Source: Octopus vulgaris (taxonomy: Eukaryota). From it: a stretch of 64,000 nucleotides of DNA. Where the stretch lies: contig OX597819.1 in the NCBI GenBank assembly GCA_951406725.2, forward strand, positions 19,654,001-19,718,000. Direction: 5' to 3'. The notes under the pieces are model-generated. The model did not search any database, had not been told where the DNA came from, and saw only the letters and a program-made list of their open reading frames with translations. Below are positions 1-14,785 of this stretch, piece after piece (position 1 is the stretch's first letter; every line of letters starts with the position of its first letter). A program made the translations under genes and the position numbers.

Positions 1-38
1 TCCTCAATTCCTTCAGTGATAACATACCATAAATATTT

Positions 39-258
39 ATTTCTTTATTACCCACAAGAGGTTAAATATAGAAGGGGCAAACAAGGAAAAACAAGGGGAT
101 TAAGTCGATTACAACGACCCCAGTCTGTAACTGGTACTTATTTAATCGACCGCAAAAGGATGAAGGGAAAAGTCGACCTCGGCGGAATTCGAACTCAGAA
201 CGTAATAACAGACGAAATACCGATATGTAGTTCGCCCGTCGTGCTACCGACTCTGCGA
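39..258 (-). mobile_element. SINE family A
   Basis: Shares the core ttctgagttcgaattccgccgaggtcgacttt.cc.ttcatcctt..ggtcgat.aa.taagtaccag with the copies at 23898, 49620, 49845 and 62595. Confidence 0.8.
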
Positions 259-2535
259 AATCGATCAATCTAAGACAGTTACGTCTCTGTTGTATCTCTT
301 TGTCAGTAATTTAGTCTTCTGGACACTGTTGGACCGGTACCTGCATTCCATGGCTTATAAGTAGTCGAGGTCACAACATTCGTCTCGAACGGAGCAGCTG
401 TTCGTCACAAGTTTCCTCTTTCACGGTCGAATGGAGTGGAGCAACATTAAATGCAGTATTTTCCTGAAGAACACCAAGTGTGAGAATCGAGACCACAATC
501 CTTCGATTGTGAAGGAAATACCCTAACCACCAGACTGCGCGCCTCCACCTCTTTATAGTATATGAGGTTTTTATTCGTCCAATATTAACTCTTTTTTTAT
601 GTCTTAGGGCGTATAAATTCAAATGTGTTTATGTGATTGTCCTATCAATTTAAACAAGAAAGAAGGTTCTCCCACGAACGTTAAAAGTTCATTTAGTTGA
701 AGTTTAGAGTCCTTGAGTTTCTGTCAGGAGTTCTGATCGACGGATGGTATCAACATTGGAAAGCATAACGGAAAAAGTTTACTTGGTTCACGCAGAACCA
801 GGGATTGTGTTAACGCGTATGTATATTAATCTCGACATTTCCCACTAACACACTCTCTCACTCACTCACTCACTCACTCACTCACTCACTCTTTCCCACG
901 GTAGGTCTCTGTCTACTTGCATGATTGAGTGTTTGCATATGTGTTGTGTGTACATATTTGTGCTTATATATGTCTTCAACAAGGAAAAGTTTTTTCATCG
1001 GATTTTGATGATCAGAAGTCGTTTAGGGAAGAGAGAGAAGGTAAGGGATATTGAAAGACGGGTGATACAGGCAAAGAATGATAATGTGTGACATAGAGAC
1101 CGATTCCGAAATGTTCTTCTAGGTTTGGTGCTTCTGTCTTGAAAAAGTCTATTCGGTAACAGGTCATGTATTGTCAGCTTGTGTATGAGTAAGTCGCATA
1201 TAGAAGACAAATTGACTCACGGATGCATATATTTTTCAACAGCTTCATAATAAGTTTAGTAGCCTTCATCTTTCATCCTCATCCATGCATGATACAATAC
1301 AGTCCCGGATCTCTTTTGCTTATTAATATTCCATGTGAAGCAGCCTATGCCTTTCTATTATTATGATTTCAGTCACTTCTGAGTGTCCACGCACCTAAAT
1401 TTGCCCTACACATTTTGTTGAGTATGGGAAAAGTTCTGCAATAATTTCGTCTAGGTTCCGGGCTATAATATTATGTGTGCTATTTTGAGATATAAGCCAA
1501 AACAGTCCCTGTTGCATAACTCTCTAATTATCCAGGATAAGATGGTGACATTCAGAAAAACAGAACGGGTCTGCTTATGTGATTCGTATTGCATAATACA
1601 AATTTGCAGAAGACGGGATCATCATTGCTCGAATGCCATTCATCGATTACGGCGATCAAATTTTATCGGGATAAACCACGCTGCACAAGAAGTTAACTAT
1701 TATTGTCTGCCAGCAAGAAAAATATTACTCCTTATAAATTTTAAATAATCTACAATTAAGCCTCAAAATCTTCATTTCGAAGTGGAAAATTTTAGAATTA
1801 ATTATACATGATTAGATATATAACACACACATGCATACATACCTCAATACTCATATGGAAGCACACACACGTACGCATACGTATATATACCCATAATGAA
1901 ACACAAGAGTCATGTATGGAACTACAACGAGAGCAGACTGGTAGCTAGAGTAATGTGTATATGTGTATGGATAGAATATTAAATGCTGTAATGACTGTAT
2001 ATTTTTAGCAAAATTATGTCCCTGTATTACATACTTTTTTCACGCCTTAATATCTATTTACATATTTATAGACTGCAGTTCTTGGTACAGTTCCAAATTT
2101 TGTTTCGACCAAAAACTTTCTAACTCAACATCGACATTTCCCTCCCTATCTCTCAACATAACACATACACACGTACATACATAAATACGGACATACGTAT
2201 ATATTACTATATGTGTATGTTTATATGTGCATGTGTGTGCATGAATATATATATATATATATATATAATACACATTCAATATTTTTTCTTTATCAAACAA
2301 CATCAACCACATATTATCATTATAAATGACGCCCAGTTTCTCCGTGCTTCATTGAAGATATATTTAAATAGTTATTATTCAATAAAGCCTATTTTTATAT
2401 TTATAACTATTCAGTGGTTTCACAGCCCGTATCTGCTTTTAGCTTTCAATAACACAACCGTTCTGACTTCTTCGCTAACAACTCAATAACATTCTAGAAA
2501 CAAACAACAGGCACGTATACATACACACACACACA

Positions 2536-2614
<79 letters not shown>

Positions 2615-2703
2615 GTATATATGTATATATATTATACGTGCATATAAAATCTGAATGCGTATATATTATATACACATTATACATGTACAAAAGTGTACAA
2701 ACC

Positions 2704-2757
<54 letters not shown>

Positions 2758-3208
2758 GGGTAAAATTAATTAATAAATCAACAATTAATAATTTTACCAT
2801 GTAGTTCGTTATGTTAAAAGAACCATTATCGGTAAACTTAAACAAATTTTTTTTATAATTATGAGTATATTTATAAATGTAATTATAAATATTTGCTTCA
2901 CCACATACCGAAATTTAGAAATACCAGTTAAAACCAGCTATTTCTCTACCATAACAAAATCTCCCAGACAACAATACTCAACAACCCACGCAGGCAAAGA
3001 TTAAAAAATAACGAATCCAATGTAAATTGGGGTTATATTTGCGGTTTTTGCACTCCCCACTACCTACACTGCCTTTACCAGTAACGATCTAAGGACAGTG
3101 TCTCTCCTCTTTCTCCCCGCACCCGTACAAATATTGTCCGTCTCCCATTTCCAGAAACCTACAACCCATTCTCCCTGCCTCTCCAACGCACCATTCTCCG
3201 CATGTTAT

Positions 3209-3281
<73 letters not shown>

Positions 3282-3409
3282 TCTCCGCATTGTAAGCCAT
3301 AATTAATTAAGAATTAAGCCTAAAAGAATATATATAAATGAAAAATATATACGAATGAGAAAATATATATACTAATGAGTAGAAACTATAACATTATAAG
3401 AATGAAAAT

Positions 3410-3464
<55 letters not shown>

Positions 3465-3865
3465 TAATGAAGAGGATGATTAAGAGACGATTGGAAACTA
3501 ATACGAATGACAACAGTTCAGGTGAACTGCAGGGTTCAATGAATTTATTTACACATATGTTTTGAAATACTAGGAACATATTTATACATATGTTTAGTTT
3601 GATATACCTTTAAGTTGAAATATATAATGATAGTTAAAGTTATAAACGGGGGATAGGTGGACCTGAAAATTGGGGTTGTATATAAGGGGAGGTTCCATAA
3701 GAGACTACGTGCCCCAAGAACATAGTATCCAGACTCATGAAACACGTGTAGCCGGGAGCTTTGAATATGAATTGTAAGTAGTAAATATAATATTCTATGA
3801 CATGGTTGAATTTATATTCTGGTTTGTTGAATTTTATGGGGATTTCTGTCTTTAATGTTACTTTG

Positions 3866-4061
<196 letters not shown>

Positions 4062-4291
4062 GAAAAAGCAAGTCAGGAGAGGAAATGCTAAAATAAATTT
4101 ATAAAGAACATTTCAGATGTTTTGGAAGAAGGAGTCGAAGGCTACTTTGTTGAGAGGGTTGTGTGTGGAGATGTATGGTAAGGCTTTTGTTCATGTAGTC
4201 GTGTGTCTCTGGTGTTTGCATTAGAAACTATAGTACATATCCTTTTTGCTAGATTGAAGGGGATATTCATATATATATATATATATATATA

Positions 4292-4567
4292 TATCGAAGA
4301 AGTTAAAAAGTGAGAAAACAGAAAGCTCTATATTTCAGGCGTAAAGGTTGGTCTTCGGAAGAAAACCGGTCCCGGAAATGTTCAGATACGTAAGTTCCGT
4401 TAACCCATTGCTTAACGGAATGGATTAACGGAACCTACGTAACTGGACATTTCCCACACTAATTTTCTTCTGAATTCGGGGACTTTGCATTTTCAATATA
4501 AACGTCCTAGAAAACTCTCTGGTTTATTAGAGTTTTTCTATTTTCCCTCTTTCTATTCTCTTCGATA
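4292..4567. repeat. Decayed foldback element adjacent to (TA)n
   Basis: Inner arms ggaaatgttcagatacgtaagttccgttaacccatt / aatggattaacggaacctacgtaactggacatttcc. Outer arms tatcgaaga..agaaagctcta / tagagtttttct..tcttcgata. Confidence 0.7.
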
Positions 4568-4779
4568 GTACGACGCTGAAAGGGATCTCTTATATACATA
4601 CATTCATAAAAACATATAAATTCATATATGTATATATATATATACATTTATTTTTTTCTTACACTATTGAAGTGGGTTAAACATTAAACACGAACAAGAA
4701 TTGTAACGTTCACAAAGTTCAATTAGCGATTTCATACGATCAGATTTCAATGATCAGATTTCAAAATGTATTTAACTGA

Positions 4780-4831
<52 letters not shown>

Positions 4832-5566
4832 GATAAATATGTGCATCATATATATATCAGGAGTTATATCGGAAAAACAAATTCCCTCATACCGCATATA
4901 AGTCCAAATAAATTATATCACAAGAAAATATAGTGTATATATAATGTTCACATATGTAAGCATATACATGTATGTTTGCATGGTTGTACATGTTTACATG
5001 TACGAATGTATGTTGTGTGTACTTATGTGAGAGGGCGTGTGTTTGCTTGTGTTATATATAAGAAATAGCGGAAAGAATAGAGCATTGAACCCACAACTAG
5101 ATAGGCATAGGGGTCGTACATATCGGCATGTATAATAATTGTATATATTTTCTTCTTTCGTCTCTGAATTAATAACCATGGATTTCTTCTCAAAGCAGAT
5201 CGCTTAAGTACAACCAGTTTCAGTAGAAGATATCAACGACCTTTCTAGAGAAACGCTAATCTTTTTTTTTTACTCAGAAATATTATCTAGTGAATGGCTG
5301 CCTGAGCACTTTTGTTTGTAGAGAAGAACTGTCTTCGGTTCATTTAGGCAGACGATTGAAAGTGAAAGAATTAATATTTGATAATTCAAACATTGCATAA
5401 ACTAAAATGTATGCGTATCTGATTTTCTCGATGTGTACATATACATGTGTGCGCGTGTGTGTGAGTGTGTGTGTGTGAGTGTGAGTGAGAGTATGTTTGT
5501 CTGTGCGTGCGCTTAGATGTACACATCTATGTACATATAGGGATGTAAGCATATATGCATATAAAC

Positions 5567-5615
<49 letters not shown>

Positions 5616-5703
5616 CGTATATGTATGACTGTATATATATATATGTATATACATATATACATGTATATATATATGCATATATGCATTCATACATACATAT
5701 AGA

Positions 5704-5746
<43 letters not shown>

Positions 5747-6727
5747 GTGTGTATGTATGTGTGTGTGTGTGTGTGTGTGTGAAAATATGTATACACACAC
5801 ACACTCACATATATATACACAACCATTGACTAAATCTATATGTATGCACTTATGTATGCATTTGTGTGAGTATTTCTGAATAGGTGTATGCACATGCGTC
5901 GTTTTATCAGTTGCCAATGTTTTGGTTTTCTAAAAGAGAGTTTGTGTCTCCCAATCTGCACCAGATAAAGTGTGTTCTTTGTTTAGCCATCTCTGTGTAA
6001 TTTGTATGAGTGATTTTCATACAATATGGCCTTTTGTTTCACTGCTTTCCTATCTATGTTTTTAATGCATGAATGTTTTTTAATGTACGCATAAATTATA
6101 ACCCACACAAAATCACACACATGCAGCCGCATACATGTACACACAAATATACACACACTCTTCTGTATATGCGAATGTATATCATTCAGCCATATCTGGT
6201 ATTATAAGATTACCCGCAACCCCCACCTTCTTCGACACATCAACCACATATCTTATTTGCACAACATTGAATAGAAGTTGTAGTCGCAACCAGAATAACA
6301 ATTATTATTATTACATGATACGTTAAATTATAGATTTAGAAGCTGCAATCTTTCACAAAATGTTGCATAAATATAAAAGAATTTCAGGAAAAGAACCTGA
6401 ATCTTGAATAATTTATAAACTTCTATAAATTGATTATCACCAAAAATCAATTGATACTGGAGAAAATATTTTTTCTTGTTTTGCATATTGTTTTGTATTT
6501 TTTTTGTTCTTCATTTAGAATATTCATAATGATTTTTCTGCTATAATTCTATAATTCTACCCCAATTCTTTTGCTTTTATATTACTCTATTACTTTTTAT
6601 ATAATATAATTTCAAAAATATCTAAAATAACTAATTTATTAAGAGTTAATCGTAGAAGCTACACTCTGTAAAAATAATGACATTTATTGCAGGACACACT
6701 GAAAAGAAATTTGGGCAATATTAGGGC

Positions 6728-7196
<469 letters not shown>

Positions 7197-7806
7197 TCGC
7201 ATTGAAATGAATGATACGTTTCATTGTCGACTGCTATTACCATTTTGCTACTTTATTATTCGACACCATTTGTTGAACGCTATGGAAATGTTTGGCAGGC
7301 GATTCCTTCAAGTGTATCAATGTGCTGTTTCACTCCTTTCGTTAGCAATCTACTCAATTTTCGTAGTTTCTGATTATATTTATTGGTCTTTTAAATTCAT
7401 ATTTTCTGATTTTGAAAAATACAAAAAAGAAAAGACATTCTTTTATTTTTTTTCTAAATCAAATGTTTCCTCATTGTATTCAATCCATTAGTTTTGTGAA
7501 TCGATGTAATTTCGTAATTTTCTCTTCTTTACGGTTTCTTTCTCTTCGTTTCACTGCGAAACAAAACAATATACAAAGCGAACTGTAATACAAATAATCA
7601 TATACACACATACAAATATGAACAAACTCACACACACACACACATACACACGCACACACATATATATATATATGTATATAGTTACAAAGATAAATAACTA
7701 GATTAGTAGACGCTCTTAGATTTATCTGTATACACTTACAGGCTTATATGCTATCGTTAACTCTTAATGTATCTATGCATATATTGAATAACGCGTATAC
7801 ATACAC

Positions 7807-7884
<78 letters not shown>

Positions 7885-7890
<6 letters not shown>

Positions 7891-8938
7891 GTTCTCACAT
7901 GCGCTGGTTGCCAACATAATTATGTTGGACAAACGAGTCTCCCGTTACGTAAACGAGTAACGGTGCATAAAGAACAAATAAATCTCCCGGAATACCGACA
8001 AATTCCACTGAGTGACCACTTAGACTCATGTGCTAAAGACTTAAACCCCACATTCTATATATTCCCCTTCTACCAATGTAAAGACGGGATCACCACACAG
8101 GAGAGAATTAACAAGGAGAATCTCTTTATTGAAAAATTCCAAACACAACTTAATATGCGAACTCCTCGTTGATCAAACTTCCTTTTTCTACCTCACTCTT
8201 CATGGATGGACTAACACAAATATATAAAGATACCATGCATTCATCACTTCAAGCTAAAACTTATATCCTTTAAATACCATTTTTACTATTGTTGTTATTA
8301 CTATCATTTTTATTATAAATTATATGACAATCTGAAATGCAATTGTCTATGCAGATTTATATAATTAGAAAATGATATAAAGAAAGTGTTAAAATCTGAA
8401 AGTTAAGTTAACAAGCAATTATATAAAAAAGATAACGCAAATGAAGCTAAAATGATAATTTTATAATTTGGGTTTTACCAACAGCCCTTATTGAAGAACT
8501 CAAAAGAGTTGTCTCCCCTTACTCACAACACAGGAACTGAAGAACCACAATTACTACTACTTCCTGTCCTGCCAACATCCTGAATTAAACCAAACAACAC
8601 ATGCTCTTAATACCTTTGGATCCTAATACCTCAAGGTAATTTTTTCGTGAACAATCATTAAACTCAAGATACACAACGAACTCACAATGTATCGGAGTAC
8701 TTATTTTTTAATTTTTGTACATTTTTATCATTATTCTTTTGCAAAAAACAATGCAATTTTATTTTTTTCCTCTTTCTAATTTTTAAAAAAGTTTTTAAAG
8801 ATTAATATTCTTGACAAGTCATACAATGACGAAAACCGGTTGAATAAATTTATATTTATATATTTTATCAATTTCTCATTCTATTAAAATTTTCTTTCAT
8901 TTGAGCATTCTGCATTTTTTAAAAATTTTCCTTCTTAC
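7885..8938 (+). mobile_element. 5'-truncated PLE of a second Neptune-like family (GIY-YIG C-terminus plus 3' UTR) inserted in (TA)n
   Basis: 7885-8172 reads [74 protein letters not shown], collinear with the main element's endonuclease. (TA)n lies on both sides. Confidence 0.9.
8806..8846 (+). ncRNA. Degenerate minimal hammerhead in the 3' UTR of the truncated PLE
   Basis: tattc-TTGACAA-gtcat aca atgac-GAAA-accggtt-gaata. Stems are intact, stem III is palindromic (AACCGGTT) and the core is mutated. Its position matches that in the main element. Confidence 0.6.
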
Positions 8939-8983
8939 ATATATATATATATATATATATACATGTGTGTGTGTGTGTGTGTG

Positions 8984-9032
<49 letters not shown>

Positions 9033-9061
9033 ATATATGCATGTATATATTTATGCATATG

Positions 9062-9092
<31 letters not shown>

Positions 9093-9116
9093 ATATATGC
9101 ATGTATATATTTATGC

Positions 9117-9204
<88 letters not shown>

Positions 9205-9234
9205 ACAAGGTGTACGTACGCCGCAATAATATAT

Positions 9235-10426
9235 TGTTACGGAATCACCCGTCGTCGCCCGTCCCGAACGGCTCACACAAGTTCCGCCACGGAACCCAAA
9301 GAGGCGGAGAGAGGAGATACAGATAGATACTGCCACAACCTCAACAGCACAAAGATACAGAGGCACAACCCGAGATACAACCCAAAGAGGCAAGGCAACA
9401 ACTGGCAACACTAGCTTATATTCAAACAACAGTTTATACGACAATTACAATTGTTACAACATCAAAGCATTTAAGGCAAACAACAAATCAATACATCATA
9501 CGGTATACCACAGATCAAAGCATTTAACAACATGCATGTAACAATATAACAGTGTTCAGTAACGACACAACAAGTCCAGATCAAATAATGTTCACGATAC
9601 GTCACAGTCCAATCAGAACACTTCGATTCATTATACAATGTTCGTATCACAACAATTCACGTTACAATTCAACAAGTCCTTTACTCAATTCACAATGTTC
9701 TTTATCGACTACATCGACAGAGTCCTTTTTCTCTCTTCTTTCTCTTCACTGTTCAATACACAAATCACATACCTTAATTCCTAACTGAATCGCCAGTGTC
9801 CCATTCTGCACCTCATCTCTCCGTACCGCTAATTCCCCTGTACATATTCCCTTCTGTGCCGCCAAGTTCTCTCGCATCCCAACTTGCTCCTAAGATTCCA
9901 CCGCTTGCTCCTAACTTCCAAGAATCCGACTGTGTTCTTCGAGGACCGCTCACCGACTGCCAGATCCGTCTGTGTTCTTCGACGACCGCTCAACGACTGC
10001 CCTTCTTGACGACCAACTACCAACTGCCAAGACCTCACTTCGTCTCTGTCCTCGCTTCCACTCCCTCATCTCCCTCTTATAGCCTTTCTATTTGCTATCT
10101 CATTCCTTACTCTATCTATATCGCCTACTGTCCCTTAGCCTCTCTATCTGCTCTCTGATCTTACTGCCTATCTCTATCGCCTGCCATACTCTTAGCCTCT
10201 CCATCCGTCCCTTACTGCTTATACTCTATCTCTATTTGCTCTCAGCCCTTAATCTGTCCCTTTTCTTTCACTTCTCACTGACCCTCTTCTCAGCCGCACG
10301 AGGTCACAGGTCATTCCAAAACCCATTAGTCCTCCATTAGACAAAAGACTGTCACATTTTCACCAGACATACTGGTGCCATTATTCCTATGTGGGTCACC
10401 AGAAATTCACCTAGCCAACCGTAACA
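9235..10426. mobile_element. Solo LTR (1192 bp), probably Gypsy-type
   Basis: Termini TGTTACGG...CCGTAACA form an 8-bp inverted repeat with TG..CA ends, flanked by the 4-bp duplication ATAT (9231-9234, 10427-10430). Composition differs from the flanks. Confidence 0.85.
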
Positions 10427-10442
10427 ATATGTATAAAAAATG

Positions 10443-10628
10443 TATATAAAAATACAAAATTGGACAAGAAGACAAAACATTCAAATAGACGATACAAAAA
10501 ACGGACGGGTCATTCGAAGTCTCTAATCCGGTTCTTGACTGAAGATTAGAGGCTTCGGGTGACCCATCCGTTTTTGGTATCGTCTATTTGAATGTTTTCC
10601 GTTCTTGTCCCATTTTGTATCTTTATAT
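10443..10628. repeat. Foldback element: ~86-bp imperfect arms, 15-bp loop, TATATA ends
   Basis: atacaaaattggacaagaa..aaaacattcaaatagacgatac..acggacgggtcattcgaagtctctaatc pairs with gattagaggcttcgggtgacccatccgt..gtatcgtctatttgaatgtttt..ttcttgtcccattttgtat. Confidence 0.88.
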
Positions 10629-10654
10629 ATATATTTCTTTTTTCTTTTTCTTTT

Positions 10655-11037
10655 TTACTTGTTTCAGTCATTTGACTGCGGCCATGCTGGAGCACCACCT
10701 TCAGTCGAGCAAATCGACCCCGGGACTTATTCTTTGTAAGCCCAGTACTTATTCTATCGGTCTCTTTTGCCGAACCGCTAAGTGACGGGAACGTAAACAC
10801 ACCAGCATCGGTTGTCAAGCAATGCTAAGGGGACAAACACAGACACACACACATACATATATATACATATATACGACAGGCTTCTTTCAGTTTCCGTCTA
10901 CCAAATCCACTCACAAGGCATTGGTCGGCCCGGGGCTATAGCAGAAGACACTTGGCCAAGATGCCACGCAGTGGGACTGAACCTGGAACCATGTGGTTGG
11001 TTAGCAAGCTATTTACCACACAGCCACTCCTGCGCCT
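10655..11037 (-). mobile_element. tRNA-derived SINE, family C, full length (decayed copy at ~50278-50680 +)
   Basis: Head (rc) aggcgcaggagTGGCTGTGTGGtaa...GGTTCAGTCCC shows A and B boxes. Internal (TA)(TG) tract and A-rich tail. Confidence 0.85.
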
Positions 11038-12034
11038 ATATATATATATATATCGTTAGGAAAAGTGTGACTCTTACAAGCAACATGTCTGCCTAAATCA
11101 ACTTTGGTTATATGTATCTAGTGCAAACTAAAGCAATGATTACACATTGGTTTAGCCACAAAAATTTCATTTTATTCTTCTATGATCCTCTTTCCATACC
11201 GAAATCGTACGTCGATATCTGTGAAGATAATTCTTCAGAAGATCCGACATATTTACCTGTCAAGACAAATATGATGATGGTAATATTAATTTCTAATTTT
11301 TGGCAACAATACCACAACATTTGGTTGTAGGGTTAATATTAATCGATTAAAACCATGTGTCTCCAACATTACTAATTTGCCTATCGATCATAAGTCGATA
11401 ATATTACTGAATACCAATATTGGTAAAAATTTAATAAAACTGATGATGTCGACCCGACGTCATCTTCAACGAACTGGACGACAGGGCCTTCAGCGACTCC
11501 GTAGATGAAAATGTCAGTGGTAGCGACGAAGAAGAATGTGATGATGATTTTGATGATAATGACGGTGATCATGATGATGACGATGATGATGGCGATGAAC
11601 GTATTTCTTTAAAATTAACAAAATAGAGTATATTGGTTTTGTTCATTGTTGCTAAAAGGAGTATGTTAAAAAATCGGTGCAGCTACTCCCATCTTCCTCT
11701 GATAGTTCACGCAGCGACATCCTCCTCATTCTCTTTCCACTCACCCACATTCCCCTCTCTTAATCCTCCCCATTATCCTCCTCCTAATCATCATAATCTT
11801 CATCGTCGTCGTCTTTTACGCCATAATTGTAATCATGATGAGTTTTCTTTCTTCATTTGTGTATCTATTTCATGCCGAGTGCCTTCCCGACCCATAGAGC
11901 AAAGAAACTTACTGTACGTATCGATACACTATTGAAATAAACACACCAGATTGTATATTTACAAAGTTATAGGAAAGATAAAAAGAAAGAGAGATAGGAA
12001 AAAAATGAAAGATGAAAGGGAGAGAATAATATGG

Positions 12035-12520
12035 GCTGTAATAATCCTCTTCTCCATACACGTGACGTTGCAGTCAAAACAAACTATTGAATTTTTTGCA
12101 AGGTTGGTTTGCTAGGAATGGTTTTCAAATAATTTTAGATTTCTTTTTTGATCATTACAAGCGCGCCTACAGCCAATGGTATTGTAACCGCATTGAGATG
12201 CCACATGTTCCACTAACAATTAGCAAATCTTTATATTTTCTGAGCTCATTAAATTCTGTTGCCGAGATATTATGATCACAGTGTATGCACATGTCCATTA
12301 ATAAACGGATTGTATTATTACTTTGGTTATTCCAAGAAATATCAGGTTTATCAGCTTTGATGAATTTGTCCGTAAGTACTGGAAAGTCCCAGATAATCAT
12401 TACATTTTCTCCCTCAGTTACAGACCCAGGGTGGTAATTATACCATTTCTTAGCAGTTTTATTTTATAATGCCGACATATTAATCAGAGTAAATTTTGGT
12501 CAACTCTGTCATGTAATTTC
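12035..12520 (-). pseudogene. R4/Dong-like non-LTR retrotransposon relic: C-terminal restriction-like endonuclease region
   Basis: HDRV..., IIWDFPVLTDKFIKADKPDI..LLMDMCIHCDHNISATEFNELRKYKDL, then AVTIPLAVGALVMIKK..IPSKPTLQKIQ*FVLTAT. This fits the R4/Dong pattern, with stops and frameshifts. Confidence 0.85.
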
Positions 12521-12522
12521 TT

Positions 12523-12618
<96 letters not shown>

Positions 12619-12659
12619 ATTATTGTTATAGTTGCTGTTGTTGTTGTTATCATTATTAT

Positions 12660-13458
12660 TGAGTGAGAGAGCAGTGCATGCCATCAAAGTGACACTGGGA
12701 TAAAATATACGAAGCCTAGTATAATCATCATGACTACCCGTCTGATAAGAGTACACTGAGGCACATGCATCACAACCATATTTGCGTGACAAGATAAACA
12801 GCACATGACCTTGCAGGTGGGGCCCCAGTTAGAATTTTTCCATCTGGTCGAGTAGCCCATGCCGCTCAAAAGGTCCCTGAATAAGGGTTGTTTAAGGATG
12901 TTGATCGAAACACCCATGTTTCCAAAGATTAATTATTCAAAATATACGAAGGGTAAAATATACGAAGCCCAATATACCCATCATGACTACCCGTCTGATA
13001 AGGGTATACCAGGCACATGCATCACAACTATATGTGCGCGACATGGTGATCTCATATCAAGATTAACAGCACATGACCTTGCAGGTGGGGCCCAGTTAGA
13101 ATTTTCTTCAGGTTGAGTAGCCCCTCCCGCTCAAAAGGTCCCTGAATAAGGGTTGTTTAAGGATGTTGAAAGAACCACCCATGTTTCCAGAGGTGAATTA
13201 TTCAAACCCCCAAAAGTCCCTCTCAACACATGGCTATGATGCTCCCCCACTACTTCTGCTCGTGATCAGAGATGCACATATCGTAAGCCACTAAGGGACA
13301 TGCTCAACTGGTTAAGGTCAAACAACTGACAAGCAAATCTGTGGTATTGAGCAGAATATTTGCTGTAGACCATCTTTTATACCAAGACAAAAGACTGTAC
13401 GTAATAAAACTTCCAATCAGTTAAAATCAGAAGCCGCGAGAGTCACTGCCTGGTACTG

Positions 13459-13460
<2 letters not shown>
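12660..13460 (-). mobile_element. Tandem partial (12660-~12940) and near-full (~12951-13460) copies of the (ATT)n-anchored element
   Basis: The block taaaatatacgaagcc...aattattcaaa occurs twice. (ATT)n flanks both ends. Confidence 0.85.
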
Positions 13461-13508
<48 letters not shown>

Positions 13509-13535
13509 TTATTATTATTATTATTATTATTATTA

Positions 13536-13569
<34 letters not shown>

Positions 13570-13640
13570 CATTATTATTATTATTATTATTATTACTATT
13601 ATTATTATTAACAGAATTATAATTATTATTTTCATTACTA

Positions 13641-13716
<76 letters not shown>

Positions 13717-14029
13717 CATCAATATTATTATTATTATTTGCTGTAGTTGTTAGCTCCTTCTGTCCTAGGGAGACATATAGGATACTGTTTCTTTTTGAAA
13801 TCGAATTTTATATAATATAAAGAACGATGAGTAATTTATTTTCAATTTTTTTTTTACTTTGGTAGAAAAGTGTATGGCAGACGATATTTTGTTCTTATAT
13901 ATTTATATATTACTTAAATGTGAATGAATGATGCCTTCAGCGGACTCTCATGTATAAAGAGGAAGAAACTGCATTGGTAGATTCACTGATAAAACACACA
14001 CACACACACACAACACAACACATATTCTT

Positions 14030-14356
14030 TCTTCTACTCCGCCGGTTACGACGACGAGGGTCCCAGCTGATACGATCAACGGAACAGCTTGCTCGTGAAA
14101 TTAACGTGCAAATGGCTGAGCATTCCACAGACACGTGTACCCTTAACGTAGTTCTCGGGGAAAATCAGCGTGACACAGAGAGTGACAAGGCTGACCCTTT
14201 GAAATACAAGTACAACTCATTTTTGCCAGCTGAGTGGACTGGAGCAACGTGAAATAAAGTGTCTTGCTCAAGGACACAACGCGTCGCCGGGAATCGAACT
14301 CACAACCTTACGATCATGAGCCGAATGCCCTAACCACTAATCCACGCGCCCTCACA
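14030..14356 (-). mobile_element. tRNA-derived SINE, family B, tail type 1 (decayed copy at ~19570-19864)
   Basis: Reverse complement: gtgagggcgcgTGGATTAGTGGttaggg..GAGTTCGATTCCcggcgacgcgttgtgtccttgagcaagacac. Confidence 0.85.
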
Positions 14357-14721
14357 CAACACATATAGCTCAGGGCGAACCCTGTTCGGTATGTGACATT
14401 GACAAGTCAAAAGGAAAACGAAACATCGAAGCTTGACTCTCTGAATAAGGGATTAGATATCAGTTATCTCGCTTGTCTACGAGTTGCTTTCAGGTGTTTT
14501 TACACCAACGACATTGGAAATATACTCTCATACGCTCCAAAAAAATGCATCCACCCAACGGACTAACAAGCACATCTCCTGTATGTCTGTTCGATTTTGT
14601 ATATGTATACACACACACACACACACACTCTCGCACAAACACAGACATGTATAGATAGATAATTATTTAGATAGAGAGATAGATATACAGATGGGTAGGA
14701 AGATAGATACCTACATACATA

Positions 14722-14785
<64 letters not shown>

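Noticed and set aside
2790-3510. Hammerhead-like traces at ~2795-2835 (-) and ~3461-3508 (+), also ~26410-26450
   Set aside because: Too many core and stem mismatches to call by eye.
11445-11625. Acidic frame CRPDVIFNELDDRAFSDSVDENVSGSDEEE..
   Set aside because: No start or clear splice sites; overlaps a SINE-like relic and a decayed (GAT)n.
14280-14356. tRNA gene calls for SINE heads
   Set aside because: They have A/B boxes but no acceptor stem and run into repeat bodies.
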